A program made the position numbers and the translations under genes. The notes under the pieces are model-generated. The model was not told where the DNA came from, searched no databases, and was given only the letters and a program-made list of their open reading frames with translations. Positions 50,347 to 62,878 of a stretch of 64,000 nt of DNA are shown piece by piece (the stretch's first letter is position 1; each line of letters begins with the position of its first letter). The stretch is from Podarcis muralis (lineage: Eukaryota). The DNA lies in assembly GCF_964188315.1 (NCBI RefSeq), contig NC_135659.1, positions 56,854,001 to 56,918,000 of the forward strand, written 5' to 3'.

Positions 50347-51769
50347 CCGTATTTTTCGCTCTATAACACGCACCAGACCATAACACGCACGTAGTTTTTA
50401 GAGGAGGAAAACAAGAAAAAAATATTCTAAACAAAACAGTGGCTGTATGATTTTTGTGGTTCATGCTGTGGCCACAGACATGTGATCTGACGGTGAGTTT
50501 GGGGTAGCCCAATGCAAAAATCCTGAGGATCCATGTGGATCCATGCTAAAGTCGCCCTAAAGTCGCAGGGGCGCTGGGGGAGTGAACAGGAAGCAGGAGG
50601 AGGAGAACAATCCCTCTCACACACAGACACACATACACACGGAGTATCAATCCTAAAGTCGCAGGAGAGCGCAGGGGCGCTGGGAGTGGGAAGCAAGAGA
50701 AGGAGAACGATCCCCCCCCTCTCTCACACACACACACACACAGTATCAATCCTAAAGTCGCAGGAGAGCGCAGGGGCGCTGGGAGAGTGAAGGGGAAGCA
50801 AGAGGAGAACGATGCCTCACACACACACAGACACACACACACACACAGAGTATCAATCCTAAAGTCGCAGGAGAGCGCAGGGGCGCTGGGAGTGGGAAGC
50901 AAGAGAAGGAGAACGATTCCCCCCCCCTCTCTCTCTCACACACACAGAGTATCAATCCTAAAGTCGCAGGAGAGGCAGGGGCGCTGGGAGTGGGAAGCAA
51001 GAGAAGGAGAACGATCCCCCCCCTCTCTCTCACACACACACAGTATCAATCCTAAAGTCGCAGGAGAGCGCAGGGGCGCTGGGAGAGTGAAGGGGAAGCA
51101 AGAGGAGAATGATGCCTCACACACACACAGACACACACACACACACAGAGTATCAATCCTAAAGTCGCAGGGGCGCTGGAAGTAGCAGGGGCGCTGGGAG
51201 AGTGAAGGGGAAGCAAGAGAAGGAGAACGATGCCTCACACACAGAGAGACACACAGAGTATCACTCCTAAAGTCACAGGAGAGCGCTGTGGCGCTGTGAG
51301 AGTGAACAGGAAGGAGGAGGAGGAGGAGAACGATAGCTCAAGCACACACACACACACACACACAGCCCCTACAGTGGCTGATCCAAAATCGGACAGCAAA
51401 AAACTGCAGGCAGGGACACGGGGTTGTTTTAAAGCAACCAGCCCCGATCTGCTTCTCTCCCTCCTCCCGGCTAGGCTGGCTGAAAAGCTTTGCTGCTACT
51501 TAGCAGCTCAGTGGAGAAGAGAGAGGGACATAGAGCACGGGGTTGTTTTAAAGCAACCAACCCCGCTCTGCTTCTCTCCCTCCTGCCCGGCTCGGCTCGC
51601 TGACAGGAGCCGCTTACACCCGCTTTGCAGTTTCAAAGAGAGCCACGGACTGCTCACAACTGCAGCGGATTCCCCTGCCATCTGTAGGCATTCGCTCCAT
51701 AACACGCACAGACATTTCCCCTTACTTTCCAGGAGGAAAAAACTGCGTGTTATAGAGCGAAAAATACGG
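50347..51769. mobile_element. Non-autonomous Tc1/mariner(pogo)-type transposon, 1423 bp
   Basis: Perfect 26-bp TIRs CCGTATTTTTCGCTCTATAACACGCA, TA on both sides and no transposase ORF. Confidence 0.93.
50547..51365. repeat. ~100-bp minisatellite, 8 units, inside the transposon
   Basis: TAAAGTC(G/A)CAGG starts at 50558, 50654, 50753, 50860, 50959, 51053, 51160 and 51268, with (CA)n inside each unit. Confidence 0.95.
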
Positions 51770-52069
51770 TAAGTGTGCACAGAATTGCGGTCTAATGCTG
51801 AGCACTGCTGTGCACATATAGTGGACCAGCAGTGACACATGGGGGGGGGGGTAGAGTTGTGGAGCTGCAATGGGGCAGGACAGAATTGAGGTCAGGACCA
51901 CATATAACTGCACCAGCAGGGCTTCCACGACCGGTCTGGCATTCCAATGATGCAGTCACCTGTTCCTGATCCCATCATAACCCTATCTGCCCCAGTCCTG
52001 TCTGGATAAGCATTAGCAACACAGTGTTAGGAAAGCAATTCTTCTCTACCACCTACACTGCCTCTGCAC

Positions 52070-52257
52070 TGGGCTGAGAAAATCCCATTCAGAGAAGGAC
52101 TTTGCGTGCCAAAAGTCCCAAGTTAAGTCCTCAGCACTGTCAACGAGGGCTGGCAAAGGCTCATGACTGGGACCCAGAACAGGTTCTTCTCTCAATATAG
52201 ACGACACTGAGGTAGATGGACTAATGGTCTGATTCAGTATAGGGCAGCTTCCTCCTA
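52070..52257 (+). mobile_element. Old tRNA-headed SINE
   Basis: gacactgaggtagatggactaatggtctgattcagtatagggcagcttcct tail. Confidence 0.65.
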
Positions 52258-52465
52258 CTGAGCAGAACTTGCTTCCACTTAAAATGCACAAGACAAGGCT
52301 GTAAGATTGATCATCACAACCATCCATGTGAAATACGGAAGTTTCATTAGATCCATTTCATTGCATGGCCTAGGTTCACGCTCAAAGTCATCTGGTTGTA
52401 CTCCTGTCGATGATTTCCTGGGTATTCTGATGTGACACTCCCACTTTGTTTTTAATAACGTAACA

Positions 52466-52601
52466 CAGGCATAGGCAAACTCGGCCCTCCAGATGTTTTG
52501 GGACTACAACTCCCATGATCCCTAGCTAACAGGACCAGTGGTCAGGGATGATGGGAATTGTAATCCCAAAATATCTGGAGGCCCAAGTTTGCCTATGCAT
52601 G
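52466..52601. mobile_element. Palindromic hAT-type MITE (caggcataggcaaac family)
   Basis: Inverted arms with TSD acgtaaca / acataaca (7/8). Confidence 0.9.
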
Positions 52602-55466
52602 ACATAACAATTATTTTATGAAAGGAGGGGGCTTGGCCTAGGGCACAAAAAGCCATCGTCCTTGCACAGAGGACTTTCAACCTACAACAGGGAAATGAGG
52701 AAGTGAATATCAACTATGAGTCGCCTTAGGTTGCAGGAGGGGGCGGGGGAGAATGATGACAACTGATTAATAAATTTCAGGAAATACCTAGTCATGGAAA
52801 TGGGTCTGGAGGCAACACATGAAAGAGGGTAAAGGAGCAGCAGAGGATGTTGTGAGGCTGATTTGTTTAAATCTTAGATACTGCATTTGCTGCCAAGCAG
52901 GTGACATTGAAAGCCGTGTAAAATTACAATAAAACCTGTATGAGCGGATACCAATAATAACAACCCATAAAATGGATACCAACAACGCTATTAAATCTGA
53001 AGCCGCATCTAGAAACAACTAAAAATACAGCTAAATGATGACAACAACAAAATCCCAGCAGGAAAGATGCCAACTCCAGCTGCCATTAACTGGTGAAACA
53101 TGCTTTCCAAAACAAAAAAGTTGTGTTTTGACAGGGTGCCAGAGAGCTAGCCAGAGCTGTAGCAGGACTTTAAGCACTTAACCACAAAGCAGAACTGGGA
53201 GTGGGATGAGAAGAGGGTGGGAGCCTGACTGGAGCTGAAGGAGAAAGAGGGATTTAAGAAGCTACTCTAACATACTGTTACAAGGTGTGACTGTCTCAAT
53301 TGCCTTGGATGAACAAGGATAATTTTCAGGATAATATCAGGATAACTTTGCCCTGTAAACCTGATGGGTGATCAGAGTCCTAACTAAAGTGACAGCCACT
53401 TTGGAAAACTGTAGCCACCAGAGTTTAGGGAAGATACAGGGAGAAAGCTAGCAGGAATTTGGGCAAGGAAGGAGAGAGCAGAGAGCTTTTAGCTGGAGGT
53501 AGCTAAAACTGGGCAGCAACTTTAAGGGTTTTGGCAGTTGGGAATTTGATGCAGGACAGCAGGTTATAGTAGCTGCCTTAAAGTGTTCTGCTTTGTAAAT
53601 CAAAGGTATCGGGACCATGACTTGTGGTAAGCAGGGGGATGTACCTTTGTGCCACAACCCAAAATCTGCTCCAAAGCTGCAATTAACCTCCCAGGGTTAA
53701 CAGATGTTGGGAGGAATTTTGGTGGGACTGGAGCACCCAAGGAAAGAGCTTAATCTACCACCCCAGTCTTCATGATCTGCTGTTCAAAGAATAAAACTTA
53801 GGCGTATTAAATTCCTACATGCCACTGAGGCTGTGTGTAGAGTGGCCCACACATTAACAGCTTTTAGGTGCATAGCCAAATTGTCTTAAGTGCATATTTG
53901 GAGTCAAATTTGGGTTGATCTCTATGGAATGTTTGAAATGGTCCTCAGCTGAGCATTCAAGCCTGTGTCTTTTAATGTGAAACATACTCACCACCGCCAG
54001 GGAATAATATTGACTTGAACCTACTGCGGTCTAATTTCAACACTGTGCATTTCCACTTCTCCATCAATAAAACCATAGCCATGATGCCAACTATTCACGC
54101 CCCCTCCCCCAACATACTTTGCACCATGTGCTGCAGGAAAGTGCAAGACGACATCATATTGTTGGAGCGGAAACAAACAGTGTTTATCCAATCTGAGTAT
54201 TAATTTCCTGTGATGAATACTCAAAATCTGCATCCTTTGAAAATTGATTTCTATTGACTTGCTTTGGCAGTTTCAGCGAAATGCGGACGCCGATTCATTA
54301 TTTCCATTGCCATGCTACATATTTAATCAAGTGCAGGTGATGTAACTGAAGATGTGAAGCTCAAATTTGCTAACTTGCAAATCACAACTTGACAAAAACA
54401 GACACCACAAATTTATACATTTACGGAAAACTTTTACAAAGTTGTCAGTAAAAGGTAATAAAAAAATAAGACTGCCTTTGGGACATCTGAATGTGACAGG
54501 CACAAACTTTAAAAAAAAGCTTCACATTTTAAATTCACCCAATTGCACAGCTATATGAGATTTCTCAGACATTTGTTGTGAATACTTGGTTCTACTCTAT
54601 AAGCTGTCCTCTGCTATGTGGCAATTACATTTGCTGGGGAAGGGAACCTCACTCTGAAAACTCTGGGACATCTATTGCTGGGCCATTTGGCCAAAGGAAG
54701 GAATCAGACAAAGATCAGCAATAAGCCTGCTATATTACCTGGGCCGCTGCTGGGATTCAAGGCCGGGCACTGCCAGCCAGTGCCAACTTGTTAATGTCTC
54801 TCATGTGTGAAGAGCAATTTGCAGTAACTACAGGATCGATTTGTAACTCACTCTTCAAAAAATATGAGAGGGGCTAAAGAAAGAAAAATGGGAAATATGG
54901 CCTTGCTGGACAAAAGCCCACAAAACTACAAGGGCAACAAAATGCTGGCCCTTCTCTTGACGTGATTCATCAGAGAAGACGCTAACCTGGAGACATGAAT
55001 TCAGCAGCCACTGTCTGCAGCAGACAGATCAATGGCTATATCACACAGGAGACTAGTTCCATTCCTGGACTCTTTGTGCTGTACAAAATCAAATACCAGT
55101 GTGTCTGGAGGTTTTTGGGGATTTTTATCCAGAGGTTAGGCATTCAGCAGTGATGCCTGCTGGTTAGGCTTGGAAGCGGTACATAGAACCATGAGTAAAA
55201 TTTGTAGGCTTTGCTATGGAAGCCACCACAATACTCAGTAGAATTTGTCTCGCCTTGCTCCTATATCAGGAGACAGGGTCAGCATTATACTGACTTGTGT
55301 CCTAAATAATGCCAATACTTTCTTGCTCCTCAAAAACATTCAAATTACCCCATAAAGGGAGGAAGTAGGAAGAATGCCACCTGCTGGCTCTTCTCTTTCT
55401 CTGTCCTGTATCAAGCTTTCAGTGGTAGTAACGTTTGAAGTTGGAGGGAGACCACTGATATGGCGT

Positions 55467-55659
55467 AAGGTAAAGGTTAAGGTACCCCTGACCATTAGGT
55501 CCAGTCGTGGACAACTCTGGGGTTGCGCGCTCATCTCGCTCTATAGGCTGAGGGAGCCGGTGTTTGTCTGCAGACAGCTTCCAGGTCATGTGGCCAGCAT
55601 GACTAAGCCGCTTCCGGTGAACCAGAGCAGTGCACGGAAACGTCGTTTACCTTCCTGCC
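55467..55659 (-). mobile_element. Sauria SINE, 5'-truncated, different subfamily
   Basis: aaggtaaaggttaaggtacccctgaccattaggtccagtcg...ggaaacgtcgtttaccttcc. Confidence 0.88.
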
Positions 55660-56769
55660 ATTCTGTGGGGGGAGAGCAAAAAATGGGAGGTCCAGGAGGG
55701 TCAGTTGGTGGGGAGTGAGATATCTCCCTATTTTCATCTGAGGAGTGTTGGAGGATATGACGTTCATGAATTCTTCCTAGGTTCGGAAGAAGAGAAGGGC
55801 CTTTTTTTCTTACAATGCACACTTCAGCTAATTATATTGTATAAGCCCTGCCAATACATGAAGCCTGAGAGCCAGTCAAATTGAACCCAATGTCAGACAA
55901 CTCTGCCCCTCTCACTGCCATGCCCATGTTGCAGGCACAGGCCTGCTGACATTCTGGAGCCTTGCTAGCACACAAGCTATTAAACAGCATTTAGTCAATC
56001 ACACATTGGCAAGGAGGCGTAAGATAGAGCTGCATCAGGGTTGGGAATTTCACGATACTGCCTTCCTCCCTCTAGTTCCAGCCAGTGGGCAGCCTTGCAC
56101 CTGGTATCCCCGCATATGTGACATTCCTAAGTACTGCAAACCGAAGGCCAAGCTAGCTATGTCAAGGCTGCCACTAATCATATTATTTTCTTGGCAAGCC
56201 ATAAATCACTCAGCTGGCACCTGGAAGATAAAGAATCCTTTTGCAAAGGACATGCCATCGGAAGCTCAGTTGAAAGCTCTGCTCTGCCAGCCTCCCTTGG
56301 CAAAACCAATCTCTCCTTTCGCCAAGTGGCTTTTGTTGAGCACCTTTTTTTCCAAGTGAGTGTACTGGCAGTAGTCCTTTGTAGCCCAACCTTCATCTGC
56401 CAACCTACTTTAGTTCAGCTTCTGTGAGCTCATAAATGAAAGTGGTGGGCCTCACTTTGGACCCATAATGGAATGTGCTGATAGCTTGGCATGTCCTGCC
56501 TTCCTATCCAGTGGAGAGAGACCTTCTAGCCGCCAAGCCTGGGCAAGAGGCATCAGCCTGCTTGCCAGTGTCTTGGCTCCAGCTAGGAATGAGGGCACAG
56601 GTGCTGCCAAAGTAACTTCTGCCATGGCTGAAGTTTACTTTGCAAAATGGATCCTTTGAGCCCCTGGTGGATATGGGAAATTATGGGTAGGGCAGAAGAG
56701 GCTTATAAGCGCTGGACATGAGAAACATGGGAAGCTAGAGACCCCATGGAAAAAAGGAATATGATGATT

Positions 56770-56950
56770 AAAGCATAAGAACAAAAGAACCTGCTGGACT
56801 AAGCCAATGGCCCATCTAGTCCAACATTTTGTCCTCATACTGGCCACCTGGATGCCTATGGGAAACCCTCAAGCAGAATCTGAGCACAAGAGCACTCTCC
56901 TCTCCCGTAGTTTCCAGCAACTTGTATTCAGAAGCATCAGTGGCTCTTCA
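56770..56950 (-). mobile_element. Old CR1 3' end
   Basis: cataagaacaaaagaacctgctggactaagccaatggcccatctagtccaac. Confidence 0.72.
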
Positions 56951-57124
56951 AGTTTTCAAGTACTGAAGGGTCTTCATAGAAACATTCAGATCATCTCTAA
57001 AAATTGGGTTGTCTACTGAGACACGGTGAACCTCAAGCTTCCAGGGAGATAGTATGCTGAATAATTTTTGTAGGACGTAATTAACAGGAGCGGTTATGAG
57101 ATCTTCAACTCCCCACTTCCTACA

Positions 57125-57250
57125 ACAGGGGTGGAGATCTTGTTGCCCTCCAGGTGTTGTTGGACTCCAGTTCCCATCAGCCCAGTCAGCATGGCCAATG
57201 GTCAGGGATGGTGGAAGTCATGGCCCAATAACATCAGAAAGGCCATCTGT
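57125..57250. mobile_element. Degenerate palindromic hAT-type MITE (other degenerate copies ~24090, 30030, 38450, 38820, 44310, 61250)
   Basis: gttgttggactccagttcccatcagccc...ggtcagggatggtggaagt. Confidence 0.6.
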
Positions 57251-58701
57251 GTTCTACAAGCTTGTAAAACAATGTGCTAGGGATAATCTGCCAGGAACCT
57301 CCCTGGAGCAAGTCCTATTTGGATAAATAAGTATATTGAGATAAGTTATGGAAGCCCTACTCATTACAATGTGACTTGTAGTAGAGGGCTTCCTTGCAGC
57401 TCACATCCTTTCTATTCTATGTTTTGGGGGGAAACATTGTGTTGGGTTCAGTTTCACATTAAAAAAAAATCTTTTACTGAAGCATTAAATAGATAGATAA
57501 ATGTATAACAAACAAAGTCGAATCAGTTAGCAATTACATAGAAAGAATACAAGAGGTAAATGGAAGAGCAGCTAAAATGGAGTTCAGGTCTCTTGACTCT
57601 TTCCATCTCTTGTCCTGTCTACTGCTCACTCAATTTTCGTTAAAGCCAGCAATTACCACAATATTTTTAAAGCAACATGTGATAATGGGCTGTCGGGTAT
57701 CATGACATGGAACAGTAGTGTGAAACGCCTAATCTCTTACTGGAAAGAAAGGTCTATCCTTGTGATTTATGAGCACTCTTAGTTTGATATCACTATAGCT
57801 TGGAATGACTCTGTGGATCAACAGTAACTCAGAAATTCATCATCAAATTGACTTTTAAAAGTGCTTCACTGTGCTGCCCACAGCTGTGAAATCTCCATCC
57901 ATCTAATCACATACATATGGAGGTTTGCTTTGTTGGATAAGTCTTGTCAAGATAAAACAAAACTTGACCTTGGTGAGCTGTCTCCTCTAATCTGGCACAA
58001 CGCTAATAAAAATAATAACAGCAGTTGTAGATCAGGCAGATAGGACAGCTGGGGATGAATGAGGAGACGGGAACCAGGAGAGATCACCTGCCCTTGCTAA
58101 CTCCCTGATGATTTGCACAGAGCCTTTTCTTTTGCTGCAGCAACATTTTACAATCCCTTGAGACAGAAAGCAGTTAATTAGACTTGGTAGCCCACTGCTT
58201 TCTGATGAAAGGAAAGTGTGATCAGCGGTAATGCATTTTGGGATTGGTGGGTGGGCTGGCAGGATTGAACCAAGCTGTTTCTGCTCCCTTTCATCTCTCA
58301 ACATTAGGGTTGCTTTGTGCAGCTAGCGTTCAATTACCCCTTCTCATGCGAATGCATTGATTCAACACCCTAGACAGAGCCACAGCTTTCTACAACAAAT
58401 AGTTCAAACGAAAAGACTTGATGGCAAGCCAGCACAGGGCTCATTTGCACAACTTATTTTTTACATGACAGTGATGTGCCGCTTCAAAGTACCTTTTTCA
58501 TAAAAATAAATAAATAAAATGTGGTGAATATTGTGAATGTTCCCGAATATCCTTGACAACATGCCAGGATATGGGATGAGTCAGTTTCAGGTACTAGGAG
58601 TATCACACATTGATCAGTTTAGGGAGAAATGCTTCAACTTTTGCAGACACACTTTCTGCAGCCTTTTGTGATTATCCAAATCTCTGAAGTGCCCCAAAGC
58701 A

Positions 58702-59303
58702 TGTCAGAGCACTTCAAAGATCTCCCACTTTATGCCAGGTATTGGACTCAAGAGGATGAGGGCGAGGAGGAATGGTGGAGATCACCCCCCTCCTTCTCTT
58801 GATGCCGCAGGAGAAGAGGAATGCAGCATAGATTTACAGCAGGGGTGTGAGGGGTTGGAAGATCATAGCTCAGAGATAGATGAACAAAAGAGTTGGCAAG
58901 TGTTAGAAGGAGGAGGAGGAGGGGAAACAGAGGCAGGGCAGCCAGTTGACACATTGTCACTGGAGAGTATTTCTGATCCCCCTTCTCCCAGATGAACAAA
59001 AGAGTTGGGAAGTGTTAGAAGGAGGAGGAGGGGGAACAGAGGCAGGGCAGCCAGTTGACATGTTGTCATTGGAGAGTATTTCTGATCCCCCTTCTCCCAG
59101 ATCTCGGCGCTCATTAAGAGTGCAGGAACAATGGACTCAGAGACAATTGAAGCTCAGTTGAAGCAATGCCATGGTCAGGGCTTGCTGCGTTCTTTTGTCT
59201 CTCGCTATTATGAATGAATAAACTCAAACAAGGACTCTACCTTGTTTTCTCTGCTCTTGCTGCCACCGGGGCAGCAAGGAATTGAATTCCCGAAGCCCTG
59301 ACA
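58702..59303 (+). mobile_element. Probable solo LTR with an internal ~110-bp tandem duplication
   Basis: TGTCAG...CTGACA ends, AATAAA near 59217 and duplicated units 58878-58989 / 58990-59098. No matching TSD. Confidence 0.55.
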
Positions 59304-59738
59304 ATTCAGTTCTCGGTTTGGGATTTGTTGGCAGGTGGGAATTACATCCCTACCATATATGTACTTAAACCAAAAATAAACAGAGTGCTGAACTTGCTCT
59401 GCAATTTAGCAAATTACCTTCTTAAGGAGTTTGCACATAATACTTCTATATCATTCTGTGATTAGTTTGACCACAATCCAACAGTATGGTTGGGCCCATT
59501 AAAATCAGTAGGTTCAAACCCATTTAACTCTCTATTGCATTGTGGGCTTCATCGGCAATAAATTCTGCTGGTTTGGTTCCCACTATGCTAACACAAGTTG
59601 TAGGCAACATCCATTCTCCCATTTGCTTTCTTGAGGTTACGTTTGTTATTTATGTATTTAGTAATTGACCCCACCCCACCCCACATTGAATCAAAAGGCT
59701 CTTGAAGCAGCTTACAAGAGTCAATCAATCCTGTATCC

Positions 59739-59873
59739 CAGGGTTTCCCAATCTTGGGTCTCCAGCTGTTTTTGGACCACCATTCCCATAATCCCTGACA
59801 CTGATCCTGGTAGCTAGGGATGATGGGATTTGTAGTCCAACAATAGCTGGAGAACCAAGATTGGGAAACTCTG
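59739..59873. mobile_element. Palindromic hAT-type MITE
   Basis: cagggtttcccaatcttgg...ccaagattgggaaactctg with a perfect 8-bp TSD ctgtatcc. Confidence 0.92.
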
Positions 59874-59954
59874 CTGTATCCGCTTATCTAGGAGTAAGCC
59901 CCAGCAAACTCAGTGAGACTTACTTCTGAGTAGACATGTAGAAGGTTGGGCTGC

Positions 59955-60136
59955 TAATAAGAACATAAAAAGCTGCCTTCTATCAAGTCAGACCACTGGC
60001 TTAGTACCATTAACAATGACGGACAGCAGCTCTCCAGGGTTTGGGGAAGGAGTCCTTCCCAGCCCTGCGTGAAGACTCCAGAGGTTGAACCTTGGACCTT
60101 CTGCATGCAAAACATGTTCCCTATCACTGAGCTATG
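59955..60136 (-). mobile_element. Old tRNA-headed SINE
   Basis: agctgccttctatcaagtcagacc...ttgaaccttggaccttctgcatgcaaaacatg...cactgagcta. Confidence 0.72.
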
Positions 60137-60329
60137 ACACTTCCCAAAATGTAGGGAAATGTTGGAATCATTTGCTACTAATATTTGAGTACTTTAACCA
60201 ACAAATTAAAACCAACAGTCATGCAATGCAAGGGGGGAAACCCAATACCAAAGATTCAGAATATTTAAAAACAATAACACAAGCAGCTAGGAATTAAAGC
60301 AACACACACGTGCCAAAAAAACTTGTTAA

Positions 60330-60330
60330 G

Positions 60331-60362
<32 letters not shown>

Positions 60363-60401
60363 GTATGTATGTATATGTATATACACGGTATATATATATA
60401 T
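60330..60401. repeat. (CA)n/(TA)n compound microsatellite
   Basis: Read directly from the sequence. Confidence 0.93.
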
Positions 60402-61599
60402 CCAGTTTTTCCCATCCAAATAAGTCACTCAAAGCTGTGACCATAAAAGCAAACTCTAAGGTGAAAACAACCATGATCCCATCATTAAAACAATGACCAG
60501 CAAACTAACAAACCCAAGACTAAAAGCAGCAAAGGGGGTGGGCAGGGAGCCAGGGCTAACAATAAATACAGAATCAATGTATGTTCATTTTAAAACAGTG
60601 CCAATGTTCTCTGCAGAGAATATTAGACAATCCTATTATACAGCCCCTGGATGATATCAACAAACGCAGTGACAATTTGACACACATCATGGCTTTGCTT
60701 GCAACTCTGTTGCTCATTTTTTCAAACAGGATGTAAGGAGATCATTGAGGATCAATTTACAGACAGCCGGCTGGAGTTCAGAAGCCTGGCAATTGGAGTC
60801 CAAACTATGCTTTGATGTGCTAGAAATCTCATCTGTAGAAGCAGTCTCATGACCCAGCTTGAGAGCAGATATTTAGTAAAGTAAACCTAATTTGGGGACA
60901 AGGCAGACCTGGAATGGCAGATTATCTACTGCTGCATTTGTCGCCTTTCCATCTCCTGCCAGCCAGGGCAGAAGATGAGGGGAGCAATTTTGCTGTGCTA
61001 CCTCCAGAATGGCACAGCACAGGGCTTCAAATCCGTCCCCAATCTAGGAACAGGACTGGCTTTAGATCCAGCAGATCCATCACAGCCCTGGTCCATCCCA
61101 TTCTCCAAAATGCCTTACACTTGCAGGGATGAAATTTTGTCCACCACACTGTTCAGTGCAGCCCTTTGTGGTGGTGGAGCTTCCTGCTTGTAACCCCTAA
61201 CCGCCAACAACAGTAAAGGTCAGGAGGTTAGATTACTCTGTAAATTATATTAGGAATGGGGAATCTGTGGCCTTCCACATGTTGTTGGCCTCCAACTCTC
61301 ATCAGCCCCAGCCAGCATGGCCAATAGTCAGGGATGATGGGAGTTGTATTCCAAAACCATGTGGAGGGCTGCAAGTTCTCCATCCATGCTTCAAGTCCTG
61401 GGGAGGCCATTCTTTCCGGATATTTATACTTTTCCAGCATCTACACAACAGGTTGAAATTCAGTGGTGTCTATTATAGGGTGGGACTAGGTACATCTGTT
61501 GAATTTCTCTCACAAAGCTCTTAAAGGCACAGAAACTCCATCAGAGACATACATTAAAAAAACACCCAACAATGTAGCCCTTGGACTATTACCATAAAG

Positions 61600-61688
61600 T
61601 TTTTAAGGTTTGATGTTGTATTGTGTTTTAATTTGTTGGAGGTTGCCCAGAGTGGCTGGGGGAACCCAATCGGATGGGTGGCATATAA

Positions 61689-61733
<45 letters not shown>

Positions 61734-61770
61734 TCTTCTACTACTACTACTACTACTATTACTACCACCA
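61600..61770 (+). mobile_element. L2 3' end with a (TTA)n/(CTA)n tail
   Basis: gttgcccagagtggctgggggaacccaatcggatgggtggcatataaat followed by the triplet repeat. Confidence 0.8.
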
Positions 61771-61867
61771 CTTGTGCATAAAAAACGGGGGATCCCACAT
61801 GCTCAGATGTCATGTATAAACGAAGTAAAGATGGACAGATCAGTCATGTCAATTTCCTTGTTCTACC

Positions 61868-62048
61868 CCCACTGTTGGAGGCAATATACCTCTGAACACC
61901 AGCTGCTGGGAATTGCAAGTGGAGAGGGGTTAACTCAGGTCCTGCTTTTGGGCTTCCCACTGTCATCTGGTTGACCACTGTGAAAGCAGGACACCAGATT
62001 AGATGGACCTCTGTCATGCACCAGTAGAGCTCTTCTTATGTTCTTAAG
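61868..62048 (+). mobile_element. Old CR1 3' end
   Basis: ccactgtgaaagcaggacaccagattagatggacc...gctcttcttatgttctta. Confidence 0.7.
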
Positions 62049-62308
62049 GCAATTCCAACCAGTTTCTGCATTAATCTGCAGATATTTTTTAAACCCATAT
62101 GATAATTCATGTTTAATGTATAAATAATGATAAAATACATATTTTAAATGCTACTTATTAAATATGACAAAATACATATTTATCAAAACTTGTATTGAAA
62201 TAACACTTGACTTCTAAATGTATTTTATCATCTAAAAAAACAAACCACAGTTCTGAATGTATTTCAGTACGTTTATTGAGCCAATAACTATATTGCAAAA
62301 TTTGTAGA

Positions 62309-62878
62309 ATCATAGAATCATAGAGTTGGAATAGACCACAAGGGCCATCGAGTCCAACCCCCTGCCAAGCAGGAAACACCATCAGAGCACTCCTGACATA
62401 TGGTTGTCAAGCCTCTGCTTAAAGACCTCCAAAGAAGGAGACTCCACCACACTCCTTGGCAGCAAATTCCACTGTCGAACAGCTCTTACTGTCAGGAAGT
62501 TCTTCCTAATGTTTAGGTGGAATCTTCTTTCTTGTAGTTTGGATCCATTGCTCCGTGTCCGCTTCTCTGGAGCAGCAGAAAACAACCTTTCTCCCTCCTC
62601 TATATGACATCCTTTTATATATTTGAACATGGCTATCATATCACCCCTTAACCTCCTCTTCTCCAGGCTAAACATGCCCAGCTCCCTTAGCCATTCCTCA
62701 TAAGGCATCGTTTCCAGGCCTTTGACCATTTTGGTTGCCCTCCTCTGGACACGTTCCAGTTTGTCAGTGTCCTTCTTGAACTGTGGTGCCCAGAACTGGA
62801 CACAGTACTCCAGGTGAGGTCTGACCAGAGCAGAATACAGTGGCACTATTACTTCCCTTGATCTAGATGCTATACTCC
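62309..62878 (-). mobile_element. CR1 LINE 3' fragment, relatively young
   Basis: Open ORF2 tail [26 protein letters not shown]...[12 protein letters not shown], an (ATTCTATG)n tail and a possible TSD tgtaga. Confidence 0.94.

Noticed and set aside
50547-51365. CRISPR-like repeat/spacer appearance
   Set aside because: The 'spacers' are homologous to each other and contain (CA)n, there are no cas genes, the context is a vertebrate intron, and the array lies inside TIRs. It is a minisatellite.
50427-51772. Multiple long overlapping ORFs
   Set aside because: Produced by the stop-poor minisatellite. There are no transposase motifs.
58195-58225. CTGATGA...GAAA hammerhead-like core
   Set aside because: Only 3 nt lie between the boxes, so there is no stem II, and no stem I or III pairing.
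61610-61974. Poly-Tyr, poly-Leu and poly-Ile ORFs (also ~45069-45334)
   Set aside because: Translations of (TTA)n L2 tails.
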